Assembly: GCA_021613535.1 (NCBI GenBank)
Contig: CP075494.1
Span: 9,238,001-9,302,000, forward strand
Reading direction: 5' to 3'
Length of the DNA stretch: 64,000 nucleotides
Origin: Adineta vaga
Taxonomy: Eukaryota > Animalia > Rotifera
The notes under the pieces are model-generated. The model was not told the DNA's origin and searched no databases. It was given only the letters and a program-made list of their open reading frames with translations. How positions within the stretch are numbered: the first letter of the stretch is position 1; each line of letters starts with the position of its first letter. The position numbers and the translations under genes are program-made. This document shows positions 50,801 to 64,000 of this stretch, piece after piece.

Positions 50801-52277
50801 GATCAAAATCCCACATTTCTTTAGACATTTGAAGAAATATTGTACAACAAGCACTCAATGAACGAAAGACAATCTAATCGAGAGTAAAAGTTTTATTTTT
50901 CTCAAATTTTCCAAGTCTTAAAATAATTACTTTCGTATCTTTTGTAATATAACCAGATGAAACACGATAGGGTGCTGCATCAACCCATAAACCATAAACC
51001 GTTGCACTACATCTATATAATTCATTTAGTGTGGTGTTGTATAGAAAAAAAACTAATAACTTACCGCATACTATACATTTCTAATGCTTTCTTCAAGTAA
51101 ACAGTTGTATTAATCTTTAGAATAGAGATGTATTGAGAATGTCTTTATTTTTCAACAGAATAAAACTTACTAATTTACGAGTAAATCTCCACATATCACC
51201 TCGACTTAAATACTGTTCTTTCACTTGCAATTCAACTAGATACAATGCAAATTTCTAAATAGATCAAACGCAAATATACTCATGCATTGATACAATTAAT
51301 TAATTAACTTCATATCATATCAATTTAAAACGGTATATTATTCACAAGTTCGTCCCTTTTTTCTAATCTTATTATTGTACGAGTTCAATCAGTACAGAAT
51401 TATTTTTTAAGTTGAATATGTGCAACAGTATCACGTACGAAATAATTGTATATGCGTTTAAAAATACGTAAACAACTCATTTCCATGCAAATCAACACAC
51501 AGACTATAATTCATTAGCATTATTTATGAGTGGAGATTGGTAGCATATAAAATAGTCTATACCATATATCAAATAAAATATGACTAATACAGGGGGCGTA
51601 ACAGAGGGGTGGAGGGTTACGCCCCTAGCTTTTGAGAATTTTTGTGAATAAAATTGAATGAAAGGCGTTTGTGAGGGGATTTTAGTGCTGGATGTAAACG
51701 AATGAAGTTGTCACACTCTCATCGCTTGCCTTCGATATCTCACTACGTTTGTGAACAAATCTTACCTCTTTTGCAACAACTTTTTGTACCGAATGATAAT
51801 GTCTCATAAAACTAATGACAGAAAATGTTCGTTTGATTGATTCATCGATGAGAATTTCTATGGAAGTCAAAACACTACGAAATAAAGTATTATTATTCTT
51901 AAAATTTATTACCTGGATCAACTGCTGGTCCAACACGTTCTTCATCAACTTGCATGACAAGTTTTTGAGTTCCTTCATCATTTAAACTAATGACAAATAG
52001 ATCACCTTTATGTAGGTTCGTTCTACTATTCACCAATGTTGGTGCAGTTGCATCTAAACATGAATCCATTCGATAAGAATAAGAGTTCGTTGATAAATTT
52101 GATATACTTTGTCCACGTCCATAAAAACTTAATCGACATCTGAATCTGAATTTCAATAGAAAAATGAACTATAAACAATAGATTTTGTTTTTGAAATGTT
52201 TTAAGTACGTACGGTGCTCCATCAAATATAAACTCGTCTGAGGTCATACTGGAGTTTATTTCAGAATTTGTTTTCAT
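44808..52277 (-). CDS. DEPDC5: GATOR1 subunit DEPDC5/Iml1, many exons
   Basis: [102 protein letters not shown]. Confidence 0.95.
51593..51625. repeat. GC-rich 10-bp perfect inverted repeat in a DEPDC5 intron, possible transposon-end remnant
   Basis: GGGGCGTAAC-13 nt-GTTACGCCCC in otherwise AT-rich intron DNA. Confidence 0.55.
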
Positions 52278-52593
52278 TACACATAAGAAGATGATAGACA
52301 AACAAAATGTTATTACAAGTAAACTATAACTATTTGCTTCATGATAAGAAATAAAATGAAGAAGATAGATACAGCTGTTTCTTTGGGTCAATTGATTAAT
52401 TTGTCAAAAAACGTAACCAATCCAATAAGGAGTTATGTTTGATTTACTGGTGACCTCTTACGAGGAAAAAAGTCAGTTAGTACTACAAAGTTCATTTTTC
52501 CAATCTAAATTTACGATTATACCCTGGATATTTTCTTTGTTGAAATCCGCACAATCTCTCTCTCTCTCTCTGTCATTTTTCATTCACTGTCAA

Positions 52594-53337
52594 ATGGATG
52601 TTTCAGTAAAAGAATCCCATGATTATTTATTTAAATTATTATGTATCGGCGAAGCAAATGTCGGCAAAACAACGTTTCTTCATCAATATATTCATGATAA
52701 TTTCGCTAATTTTCGTTCCACTGTTGGTGTTGATGTTTTCGAAAAATATATTACTTACAATAATAATCAACGTATTCTTTTACAATTATGGGATACTGCT
52801 GGACAGGTGAGAAATCTTTTATTCTTTGTTTTTTTTCTTTCAATTTCAATTGATTCAAATTTGTAGGAACGTTATCGTAGTTTAACAAAATCATTATTTC
52901 GTGATAGTATGGGATTTCTACTTTTATTTGATGTTACGAATGAATCATCATTTCTATCCATACAAGAATGGTTAACTTATATTGATACATATACACGAGT
53001 TGATGATGATTTTCGTCCACCAATTTTACTCATTGGAAATAAAATTGATTTAGTAACCAATCGAATTGTTGATACCATTCGTGCTCAACAATTAGCTAAT
53101 GAACTTCAAGTAGTTTATATAGAAACAAGTGCTGTAACAGGAACGAATGTTCAAGAAACGTTTCGTTTACTTGTAAAAAATGTCTTCGACTTTATGGACC
53201 AATCAATGCAAAAATTTTATCCGAAATCACCCATTATACAAATACCAACAGGTGAAGAAAGATATAAAAAACGAACGCCAGTCAAATTAATAACTAAATT
53301 ATCTCAAGCTAAAAAACATTCATGTTCTTGTACATAA
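52594..53337 (+). CDS. Rab GTPase, Rab27-like; 1 intron
   Basis: HDYLFKLLCIGEANVGKT, LQLWDTAGQ|ERYRSLT, FRDSMGFLLLFD, GNKID, ETSAVTG, C-terminal CSCT. Confidence 0.85.
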
Positions 53338-55424
53338 AAATGACGTTTTTCCTTTTCTTTACGAACTCTTTTTAAATATAAAAACATATTAAATTTGATA
53401 ACATCTACAGATATAATTATGACAATATAAATTTAAGAGTATCATGTTCATTTTATATTATTGAAACTATTTTGCATCAGATATTGATCAGACAAATCAA
53501 GAATGTTCGACGATCTCATCTATTGAGTCATCAATGATTTTCACTATATCATCTTTGTGACTATGTCTTTTCCCAAACGGATATTAATATGTCAAGTAGT
53601 ACGCTGATATATTAATACGACGTAGTACTACTAAAAAAGACTATAGAAGTGAGAAGTTTTCAACATTTTATAAGTATTTATTCATTTGCTTTTATCAAGT
53701 CAGAATCTATTGTAAAATAACGATTGAATGCCGTATGTCTTTACGCAAACATACATCGTATCCTTGTTTCTTTATATTCATTTATCAACACTTTTTTATC
53801 CCCAACTGACATCAGTTGTTAATTAGTATTACATCAGATGTTACTTTTGTCTCGGCATTCATTTCGAGGAGATCAACACTTTTGATTTTTTGTAACTATG
53901 ATCGAATCAATCAAAATGTATCCTTTCTATACTTGAAACGTTGTCATAAGAATGTATCGTATTGTTATTAGAAACTTGAAAGTCAAGTTGTTCTAGATTA
54001 AATAATAACAACAATAAACTTATGATTTGTTTTAACTTGTTCAGTTTATTATGCTCTTTGACATTTTCATAAACTTCTGTCTTATTGATAATCAATCTAT
54101 TCATCTAATCACATATTGTTCCTATTACATTTGATCTTTGATGTCATTCTAGATGCACGTACATGTCCATTGAGAGAAAATAGCTCGAAGCGTATCATTG
54201 AATTAGATTAGCAATCTTCTCATTTGGGAAAAGATTTTTATGTGAACAAGTTCATTAGCTTTTCACATATGTTTGTCTCTTCATTTTTACATTGAACTCT
54301 TCAAATTACAATTATCAATGTATGTATTTTCTTCGTGATCATTTGTCGACAAAGAGAACGAGAGAAGATGCAAATGAATTTTATGAAAACGAGCACAAAA
54401 TTTGATTAGAAGATTGTATAGCATAGATGACATCAAAATGCATGCGTAAGCACTCTTATACATTGATCAAATACGAATAGCGGAAAAACCTATTAAGAAA
54501 AAATGTAATGACGACTAGATTTTCTCATTATTTTACAGATCATTTTGATCGACATTTGAAAAATAAAAGAAACCTTGATGATAACACTGCAATGTCTAGT
54601 CTAATAGACTAAAGTGTCACTCATTAATGAAACTTATCTAGTAACATTCTATTATCGAAAAGAAACATGATAACAACAATAAACTATCGTTGATCACAAC
54701 ATGAGACCAATTATTTCTTGTAAAGATATCTGTTAGATTCATCGTCAACTTGTCCACTATAGAAAATGCTATGATGAAGAAATACCAATCGATGTTTACA
54801 ATAAACATTTTATTATTATCAAATTATTCCACATTCTAACCTAATCTGACTATCATTCGCTTCTGACTAGTTCTAGTCAATTGTTACAAGAACGAATAAA
54901 GAAAACTGAAGAAAAAAAGGAAGAGAAGAGAAGAACTTGTTCTTCCAATCGTTTTTTCTTCTATCTCTCGTAACTCTATTACTGATGATGAGAATGAAAA
55001 AAAAAGGGAAGAAGTCTCGCCTATTTACATGACCTCAGTACACTCGAACAAAAATTTTGATCGACAATCGTTTGTGTTTCGTAAGTATATCTATTTCTCT
55101 TAACGAGTAAGACAATTTATTATCGGACGACATGTATAAGTAACGATCGAATGGAATAAAGTACTACTACTACTACGATAGATATATAATATCTATCTCA
55201 TTGATCGATGTTATAAGAGTTCTATCTTATCCTAAATATATTGTACAGACAATTTCACACTCAATTTGATAGAAGTATTGTACTGATAACTGACACTGTA
55301 ATAACATTACTGACCAGTTAGATTGGTTGAATATTACACAATCTCTGATTATATATATATATAAAGAGAGAGAGAAAGAATTCACTGGTGTTTTCTTTCT
55401 CTTCAGATTATTCATATTGATCAA

Positions 55425-56469
55425 ATGCGAAATATGAAAAGTTACTTTTCATCTTGGAAATCCTTTTGGAAATCATCGACGAATACGTCTCATACTCAAA
55501 CGTTAACATTAGCCCCTTCGATTATTAATTTTACGGATACAAGTTTAGGTGATCTTAAACATTCAGTTATTGATGAACAATTAATGATTGATATATCCAC
55601 AAAATTAATTGAAAGTGTTTCACCACCGAAATTACAAGTTTGTGCACATAATAATCAATGGTTTGCACTAAATAATAGTCATTTATTGGTCTATCGACAA
55701 TTAGAACGTATCGGTCTATGTGATACCGTCGGTATGTTTGAATTTTCAATAATAAAATATGAAAAATAAGATTTCATTTTTCTATTAGTATGCGATATTA
55801 TTCGAAGTCAAGATGTGCCGATTGGTATTCGACAAACATTGACACCGGTGGGTATAGCACAAGATGAATCAAATCATTGTTTACAAAATTCAAAAGAACG
55901 TACAAGAGATCCATATATGCTGTTGGATGATGAAGGTTTGTTGATAGATTGATTGATATGAAAGATTTGAATGAAATATTTTTGTATGAATAGGCAATTG
56001 TAGTCAAGATGAAATTATCTATTGTTCTGATGTTCCAGCTGATTCATGTGGTTGTTTCGAAGATGAAGATCCTTGCGATACTAGTGGTGCAACAGGTGCT
56101 GATAGTGATGAAGATGATGATGATGATGATGATGACGACAATGATTCTGATAATGAACGTTCTGGTATGATAAATCATCAAATAATGAAAGAATATATCA
56201 CTTTCGTTCTAATAGATATCGTATGAGACCAATAGTTTTACAAGATATTAGAAAAATTCAATATCTATCTGATAGTATTCTTCTTCGAGATAGAGTATTC
56301 TTTAGTTCAGACAATTGCTGCAATGTCACTAGCTTTTTCTTGTTTCTTAGAAACTCAACGAAATATTTCATTATTTACAAAATCAATTATTAATACTCAA
56401 TTTAATGGAGTTGATCTTGACGATGATGGTATTGAAGATGATCGAAAAGAAATGCAAAGTTTATTATAA
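55425..56469 (+). CDS. Uncharacterised protein: ParB/sulfiredoxin-like N-terminal domain, acidic tract, C-terminal dileucine motif; multi-exon
   Basis: LAPSIINFT...PPKLQVCAHNNQWFALNNSHLLVYRQL, poly-Asp tract, last exon ending DDRKEMQSLL*. Confidence 0.5.
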
Positions 56470-56872
56470 ATCGTTTTATTTTTTTTTTCGTCCTTTTTTT
56501 CTCTCTATATATATTTATAATTCTTGACAAACAATTAATTTAAATTTAAGATCGATGGGCGACAATCATATAAATAAAAATTGATACTAATGAAGACTAA
56601 ACATTTGAAAAAAAGAAGAAGAAGAAGAAGAAGAAGTGAAAAACTATCACAGCGAAGAAGAGATTGAATGTAACAGAAGAAAAAAAAGAAGAAAGAATAA
56701 AGATTGTTTGTTTTTGTATATAAGTATCTCTTCTTCGTTGATTGAATTGATGTTTTGGAATGCAAAGAAAAGGATAGAGATTCAAAGCGAATTGGAACAA
56801 AAAGCATAAAAGAAAAAGAAAAAGTTTTGTTTCACAGTTTGTTTTTGTCATTTATTGATTGATTTTGCTCGT

Positions 56873-59800
56873 TTATTTGTATTTACGGACGCGATTATAT
56901 CGGACATATGGACGACAAACACAACCAGCCATGAACATAACACATAAAATCAAAAGAATAATACTGATCAGATAGAAACTATTGTTCGATTTGGTAATTT
57001 CTTTTGTTAATGATGCAACACCATCTACGTTAGAGATCTAAAAAGAAAATCGAAGACACATTGATGAAATCATCTCTAAGTTATTTAAATGATCATCGTC
57101 TAACTTACATGTCCCCATAATTGTTGTCTTTGTTTTAACATATTTTGACATTGAGTTGTCACTGTATTACCCATGTTCAATAAACATTGTAGTTGTTTTC
57201 CACTTCCTAAAGAATAAAATTCTTTTTCTAGATCCCTTTTCTTAAGAATTCATTTACCTATAGGAATATCATTACAATATTTTAATACATCTGCTTGACA
57301 AGCGAATGCTAATGCACGATCGACATGTATATCTGCTCTCCCTTCTCTTATAATACGTTTCACTTGTTCTCGGCAATCATCACTTTCAAGCTGACTTTTT
57401 TGATAAAGTAATTTCAGACAATCTTCTTGTTCAATACCCGTACATTGACTGTTAAGTTCTTTTCGACAACTTTGATAAAGTTTTATATCAAGTTTAACAT
57501 CAAGTTTCGATGTTTGAATGACATCAATTAACTCCGTAACACATTGAGATTCTAATGTAACTGATGTATCAGCATATTTTGTACGTAAACATTGAATAAC
57601 GCGACCGCCCATATCACGATCTACAATTTTGTTTTCATTGGGATTTTTATCATCATCATCATCATCATCTAAATAAATAAGACAATTAGAAACAAAATCA
57701 ATCAAATAGTAATTTACCTTTATCATCTTTTTTCAAAATATCATCTTCATCATCATTGTCATCATCATCTTCAATAACTTCTTCGCCGCATAAATTCGCA
57801 ATATCTTTCTGACAATTTTCAATTAAACCTTTATTGAAATTAGCATCTAAGAACGAAGGAGAACAATGTTATAGATCATCTGAAAATTGTTTCTTTCTTA
57901 CTGCTATTTAATATCATCAAACGATGATATAAAATTCGTCGACATACAACTGGCATAGAATCCTGATTAGCATTACGTCGTAAACATGATAATATATTTT
58001 GTTTTTTTTCATTTCCACATTGTTTCTGTAAGAAGAAAAATTTCGACATAAAGAGATTCTTCCCATATCAGAATCAATCTACCTGAATGACTGAATCACA
58101 TTTTGTCATTAGACTGTAATCATTTTCTGGTAAAACAACATCAAGTTTTTCACGTTGTCGTAATTTCACATAACATGCTGGAGAAACTTGATTACGATTA
58201 TCTTTCAAACAATCAAGAATCTGGAGAAAACAAGATTAGATAATCATATATGCTAATAAAAAAAAATCATACTTCTGCATTGCCCGGAGTATGATCAGCA
58301 CAAAATTTTCGAATATCTTTATGACACACTTTAGCTAAGATTGGATCGAATTCAATATTTTCACTCTAAATAGAAATTAATGTTTTTTTTTCTTTTTGTT
58401 CGAAAGTATACAAAAAGATGAAAACGAACACGTTGAAGAAGTTCAAATTTCAATTCATCACGACATTCTTCTCTGATTTGATTTTTTTGTTTCAAAACAT
58501 CTGCTAACATTAAATCAGCCAAACATTGAATAACAGTTGCTCTTCAAAATCAAATAGAATTGAATTGATATTACAGAAAGAGAACAAAAGCAATTGACTC
58601 ACTTTGTCTTTTTTGTTTTGCAATGTTCATTGACTTCTAAGCCGCATTTTTTTCGAAATTGTTGACTGAGAAAAGCTTCATCCTTCATGCTTGTCTATTT
58701 ATTCGTGAAAAAGAAAAAAGAAAATTTTAAAATCATTGAATGAATCTACTTACTATTTGATGATGATCAATACCAACTTTACATTGAAAATTCATTTTTT
58801 GTTCATTTTTATGTCGTATTAAACAACGAATTAAATAATTTTCATTTCCACTTTCAATATTCTAAAGAAACAAGCATATGATTTCTTTTGATTCTTGCTT
58901 AATGATGTATCTTACCGCACAGAATAATTGAATCATAGGTTCGCAGGCTTTCATTAGAAGAAAATCAAGAGTTGGATCAGACATAGTAATTTCTGTGAAA
59001 TTTCGTACAGCATTTTTACATTTTTCTTCAAGTTTATTATATTTCTTTTGTAAGCAGTTCATTTCCTGAAAAAGATATTTTAGATTTGAATCAATATGTG
59101 AAAATTTTATGAAAGATAATTTAATAAGTGAAACGATAAAAACTAGATTTATGAGTAGTAGTGACTATAAAAACGGAACAACGTTGAGTATTCTATGATA
59201 TTGCTCTCCTGTTTAAATATGTAGCTACATACTTCTCCTTTGATTCCTGGATTTTTACATGTTGCTAGATCTTCCATACAATTATCTTCAATTTCTGGCA
59301 TTAAACCAATTGATTGTGTTCTTATATGCATAAGTCGTTTCAATTCACTGCGACAATCACTCTCAAGCTAAATAGAAAACCATAGATTAAATTTTTAAAA
59401 AAAGAACATTTTTCTCTCGCTATACTTGTTGCCGTTTTTGATATAGACAACCCAAATACATTCCAACTTCAGCATCATTCAATTCAGTTGACATCGACCA
59501 ATCTGTTGGAAGTTCACATAAATTAACAAGATTTGTTCGACATGATCGTAATAATTTGGGTGTCAGTCTAGAGTAAAAAAAAGAATATGATGTTCGACTC
59601 AATAAGTGGAATTGTACGTCTGTCTTTTTATTACCTCCAATCTCGTGCCATAAAATATGCTACTTCCATTAATCGTTCTTCGCAATCTTCACTCATACGA
59701 CTATTCTTTAAATTATCCAATAAACACATGATTACATTCGAATCACCAGGTTTTATTCTTGAACATAATGTATCAATAACTGATTGACATGCTGTTTCAA

Positions 59801-61657
59801 GCAATGGATCAGATCGTATATCACTACCTGGATCAACTGCTCGTATCAATGATTTCAGTACGGATAAGCATTGAGAACCAAAACTTTTGTCTTTTCGTGC
59901 TGCATTTAATAAACAATGAATCATTTTACCACCACGTTGATCGACTGAACCACTAGCACCTTGTTGAAATACTGATGGACAATGTTTAATCATTTCATTT
60001 TTACATTCAGATTCAATTCTAGGTGAAAGCTCATAATCAGACATTAACATACGACGATGAACAAGCATTTCACGTCGACATTCATCTTGAATATGATTGC
60101 CTAAAATATCGATCTTTTGAATAGATAGACGAAAATTATCGATCGATTACTACCTTTCTTCATTGTATCTTCAAGACAAAGAAGTAATTTGACAAGAGAA
60201 GAACGATTATCTTTGTCATCCGAATTAATCGTACATTTATGTTCACGCATTTCGTTATTACATGCTAGAAAAAAAAATCAAAACTAGTATTAATTCATTC
60301 GTTTTTATAATCAAAATTATTACCTCGGATTAATGGTGCATCCATTTTAACATCAGCAACAACTAATGATTGTCGACGATGAACTTCTTTACGACACTAA
60401 AATAAAAACAATCATAATATTCTTAAAAAGAAACAATTCTATCTCTTAGTATATAACTTACAGCAGGTGACATCATCGAATTAAATTTTTGATCATATAA
60501 ACATCGATAAACTCGACCGTTTCCACTGGAAACTTGTGAACATAAACGTTCGCGATCATCTCGGCATGCATAAAACAAAGCTCGATCCAAATGATAATCA
60601 TTTGATTGCACTTCTGCTAAACGAAAGATTTCTTTTTTACATCTTGCATCTAATCGTCCGTAGTTTTGTGATAAACATGCAATCACAGCACCTTGTTCAT
60701 GTGGTATCTAGAAGAACGGAACATTCTTTTTATTTTTCCATTATTAAATACATACTGCATTATTTTCATCATCTAATCGACCACACGAGAGTTTTGTAAC
60801 ATCACTGTGACATGCGTCCGAGAAATATTCTGTTAATCGCCAATCACTGAAAACAACTGCTTGCATTTGATTAATAAAATACCGACACGATGATTCAGTT
60901 ATGTTTGGCAATTGATCATATAAACATGAAACGAGACGACCAGAACCTCTTTTATTAATATTATCACATTCTTCCAATAATTTGATATCTTTTTTACATT
61001 GCTTTTCTGCTGCATCATCGAAACGTGGATCATGAGTCATATTATATTTAAAATCGTAAATTAACTAAAGGAAAGCAAGTATAATATTTTATTTGTTGAT
61101 TTCTATTCTGAAGAGAGTAAGAAAAACAATTTTTATTACTTACATTCTGACATGGTTTACTGATGAGATTAACAGCCTGAATAGTAAAAAGAATGATAAA
61201 CTAATTTCGATAGAACTTAGTTCAATAAGCTTACATTATCAAGTTCATCAACACATTGTAATACTTTCAAATTTGAAAGAGTTTGTTTACTTCCTTTTGA
61301 ACAATATCTCTGTACATCAGCTTGACATTCGTCACTTTTAGCAAGTGGCATCACTGACGATGATGATTGACCTTGATTTCCACTTCGTTGCTGTTGTAAA
61401 GCTCGATTCGAATTTACAGATTGTTGTTGATCAGAATTTTGAGATGCAACTCGTCTAGTATTTTCGATATTGTTCGATGAAATGCGATTTTGAGATTTTT
61501 CATTATTGATTGATGGTTGTTGTTGCTTTCGATTATTTTGATTAACATCGTTTTCATCATCAGCTTCATCATCATCATCATTGGCAACTCTTCTCTGAGC
61601 AAAACTGCTCATAAACAGAATACACAAACAGAGAAAACTAAAATGTCGAAGTCGCAT
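56873..61657 (-). CDS. GLG1: Golgi apparatus protein 1 (cysteine-rich FGF receptor/ESL-1)
   Basis: Signal peptide, many Cys-rich GLG1 repeats (DYHLDRALFYACRDDRERLC, CEERLMEVAYFMARDWR), C-terminal TM and basic tail. Confidence 0.95.
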
Positions 61658-63328
61658 TTACGCGTCTATCTAAAATATAAATTATTCATCTACATTTTCT
61701 TGAAAAAAAAGAATAAATATGTCATGAACAAAAATAAAGAATTATAATTGTTATAGTAAATTTTACAATAAAATTGAGGTTCTTTCACTTTCAAATGATA
61801 CTTCATTCATTCATGCAGAACGTTGTTTTATACGTGGCTCAAGGAGAAAAATCATGAAAGGAAGAGAAAAAAAAATTCAAACGCACAAAAGAGTACATTC
61901 ACCTTCTACTCCTAGTTTTGTACAATATCAAACGATAGTTAGTAAATGCCTATACATATAGAATATCGCACATGCTTCATCGGAATAGAAAGAGAATGTA
62001 ACCCAACACGGTTTGTATATGCTAGTATGTTTTTTTTTCTTCCGAAAATCTATCGAACGAATCAAAAACGAATGTTTGGCAAATGATCGTTGGTTAGATG
62101 ATCAAAACCAGATTTCTAACAAAATAATTTCGACTAAATATCCAATAACGTCTAAGAGAGATCGAGAAAAATCTACGTAAGTTACGCGTAAAAGATTTTC
62201 TTTAACAACTACCATTGAACTAAAAAAATAACAACAATAATTATTATTTTCTGTTATAATTTTTTTAAAGTATTTTACGTCATCAATAATAAATTCTCAA
62301 TGCCATTAAGGTTGTCCGTCCTGAAAATTAGTACACTCACCGAGTTCCATCTTTTACCAGTACGATGTTGTCAAGTCAAGATCACTTACTTATTATGTCA
62401 ATCGTACGTACGAGTTAACGAACAGATGATTATAATTTCAACAATTCAAAAATGAAGTAACGAAGAATCTTCATCAGAAGAGAAAATGTACGAAATGATT
62501 TTTGTCATGATTTTCTCGCACGAATTGTTACTTCTTTCGATAGAGGACGCTTATGTCTAATGATATCAAAATAAAAACTATATTGATCATTCTATATACA
62601 TGTACACATAACATAAAATGAAAGAAAATACTTTGTCAACAAAAAATCGTTTCATAAGAAAAAAAGTATGATTAGATAGTTAACTCGAATACTATGATTA
62701 TATCAAGTTCATTTATTCTAAGAATAGTAACTATGCGTATTCTTATGCTTGATGGATAGAGAGCAATCGATGAGGAACGATGTAACGTCCTTTCAAAGTA
62801 TTCTTATTATTGGTTCATCGAAGATTTAAGTGATATATGACTATAATAATCATTATCAAGTTCTTAAATATATCCTTCAATGAAATTACTTTGTTTTCTT
62901 TTTCTTAAGTACATAAAATATTCGATGTTTTATATTCAATTTAAATTTTCAACTAACAATTAATTTACATTGAACACGGCATGAAAATCTATAACGGTCC
63001 ACTGATAGATCATCTAGACATCGTTAGATGAATTTTGTTGGTTATTTTAGTCTTTCATCTAACGATCATTACTAGTCAAATTATGCATCTCTCAAAGAGC
63101 GGAATCTAATAATATATGATCATTATTTTCCGGTATATATTATCTCTATGAGATTCCTGTTATTTGAAAAGAATCTTTTTTGCGGTCTTCAAATGACTGA
63201 GTAAGAAGTATCATTTTTTTTCTTTTTCTTTGAACTATCCAGACCTTTCATTTCTATTTTAGTGTTAATACTCATCGGTTCTCACATATTCATCACATCC
63301 GTCTTATACAGAGATAAAAATTATTGAA

Positions 63329-64000
63329 ATGGAAAAGCAATGCTGTGTTGTGATTATTGGTGCAGGTATTGCTGGACTTTCATGTGCAAAATATTTGATT
63401 GAAAATGATATACAAGATTTTGTTATACTTGAAACCAATAATCAAATTGGTGGACGTTGCCAAACGATTAAATTAAGTATGGCTTTATTAAAAAGTTTAT
63501 ATATATATACTAATCAATGATTTTTGCTATTTTAGTGGATCAATCAATTGAATTAGGTACTGAACTATTACAAGGTAATTCAACAAATAATCCATTGTAT
63601 CAATTAGCTGAAGAACATCATTTATTCGATCAGAGTGACAGTAAGTTTTTTATCCTTGACTTCTTTCATGTTCAAAGTACAAATGTATCTCTATCAGCCA
63701 GTAATTATCCGTAATTAAAGGATCCAGGTTGACTATTTCTCTTTTCATCTAGGTGGATTTGATCGAGATGATTGTTATCATGATGAAGATGGCGAATCAA
63801 TTGATGAAGATATTATAAATGAAATTCGAACCATTTATGATGAAATTTTAGAGAAGAAAGTACCAACATATCCATATGAAAATTATCCTGATTTATCATT
63901 AGGCGAATTTATTTTAACAGAATTTGATCAATATTTTCAATTGAAAAAGGTTGCATTAGATAAAAATGAAATTGATCAAAGAGAAAAAGTTATTGATTGG
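63329..64000 (+). CDS. Flavin amine oxidase (spermine/polyamine oxidase-like), 3'-partial
   Basis: FAD motif VVIIGAGIAGL, ETNNQIGGR, IELG...G...NNPLYQLA. Confidence 0.85.

Overview
AT-rich, gene-dense eukaryotic (animal) DNA with many short (~45-60 nt) GT-AG introns. The style and gene content suggest a bdelloid rotifer; this is inference, not shown by the sequence. Conserved metazoan genes: SMARCA2/4 (3' end), HSPBAP1, a CBM14 peritrophin-like protein, LSM14-like, POLG2, THOC7-like, a VAMP, Zic, CCDC175-like, two GPCRs, cathepsin L-like, SGTA, DEPDC5, Rab27-like, GLG1 and a polyamine oxidase (5' end). There is also a tandem trio of intron-containing tRNA-Ser genes. Between about 7.5 and 20.4 kb lies a block of lineage-specific or foreign-looking genes. 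Its highlight is a tail-to-tail pair 246 bp apart: a microbial-type (TIGR02452/DUF2263-like) PARG macrodomain 'eraser' whose GGG-x7-QEE catalytic loop appears only after splicing a 40-nt exon, and a NEURL4-like H-Y-E ADP-ribosyltransferase 'writer'. This is a candidate self-contained ADP-ribosylation writer/eraser module. A few single-base frameshifts fall at short homopolymers and are probably assembly errors. All family assignments come from motif recognition, with no database search.
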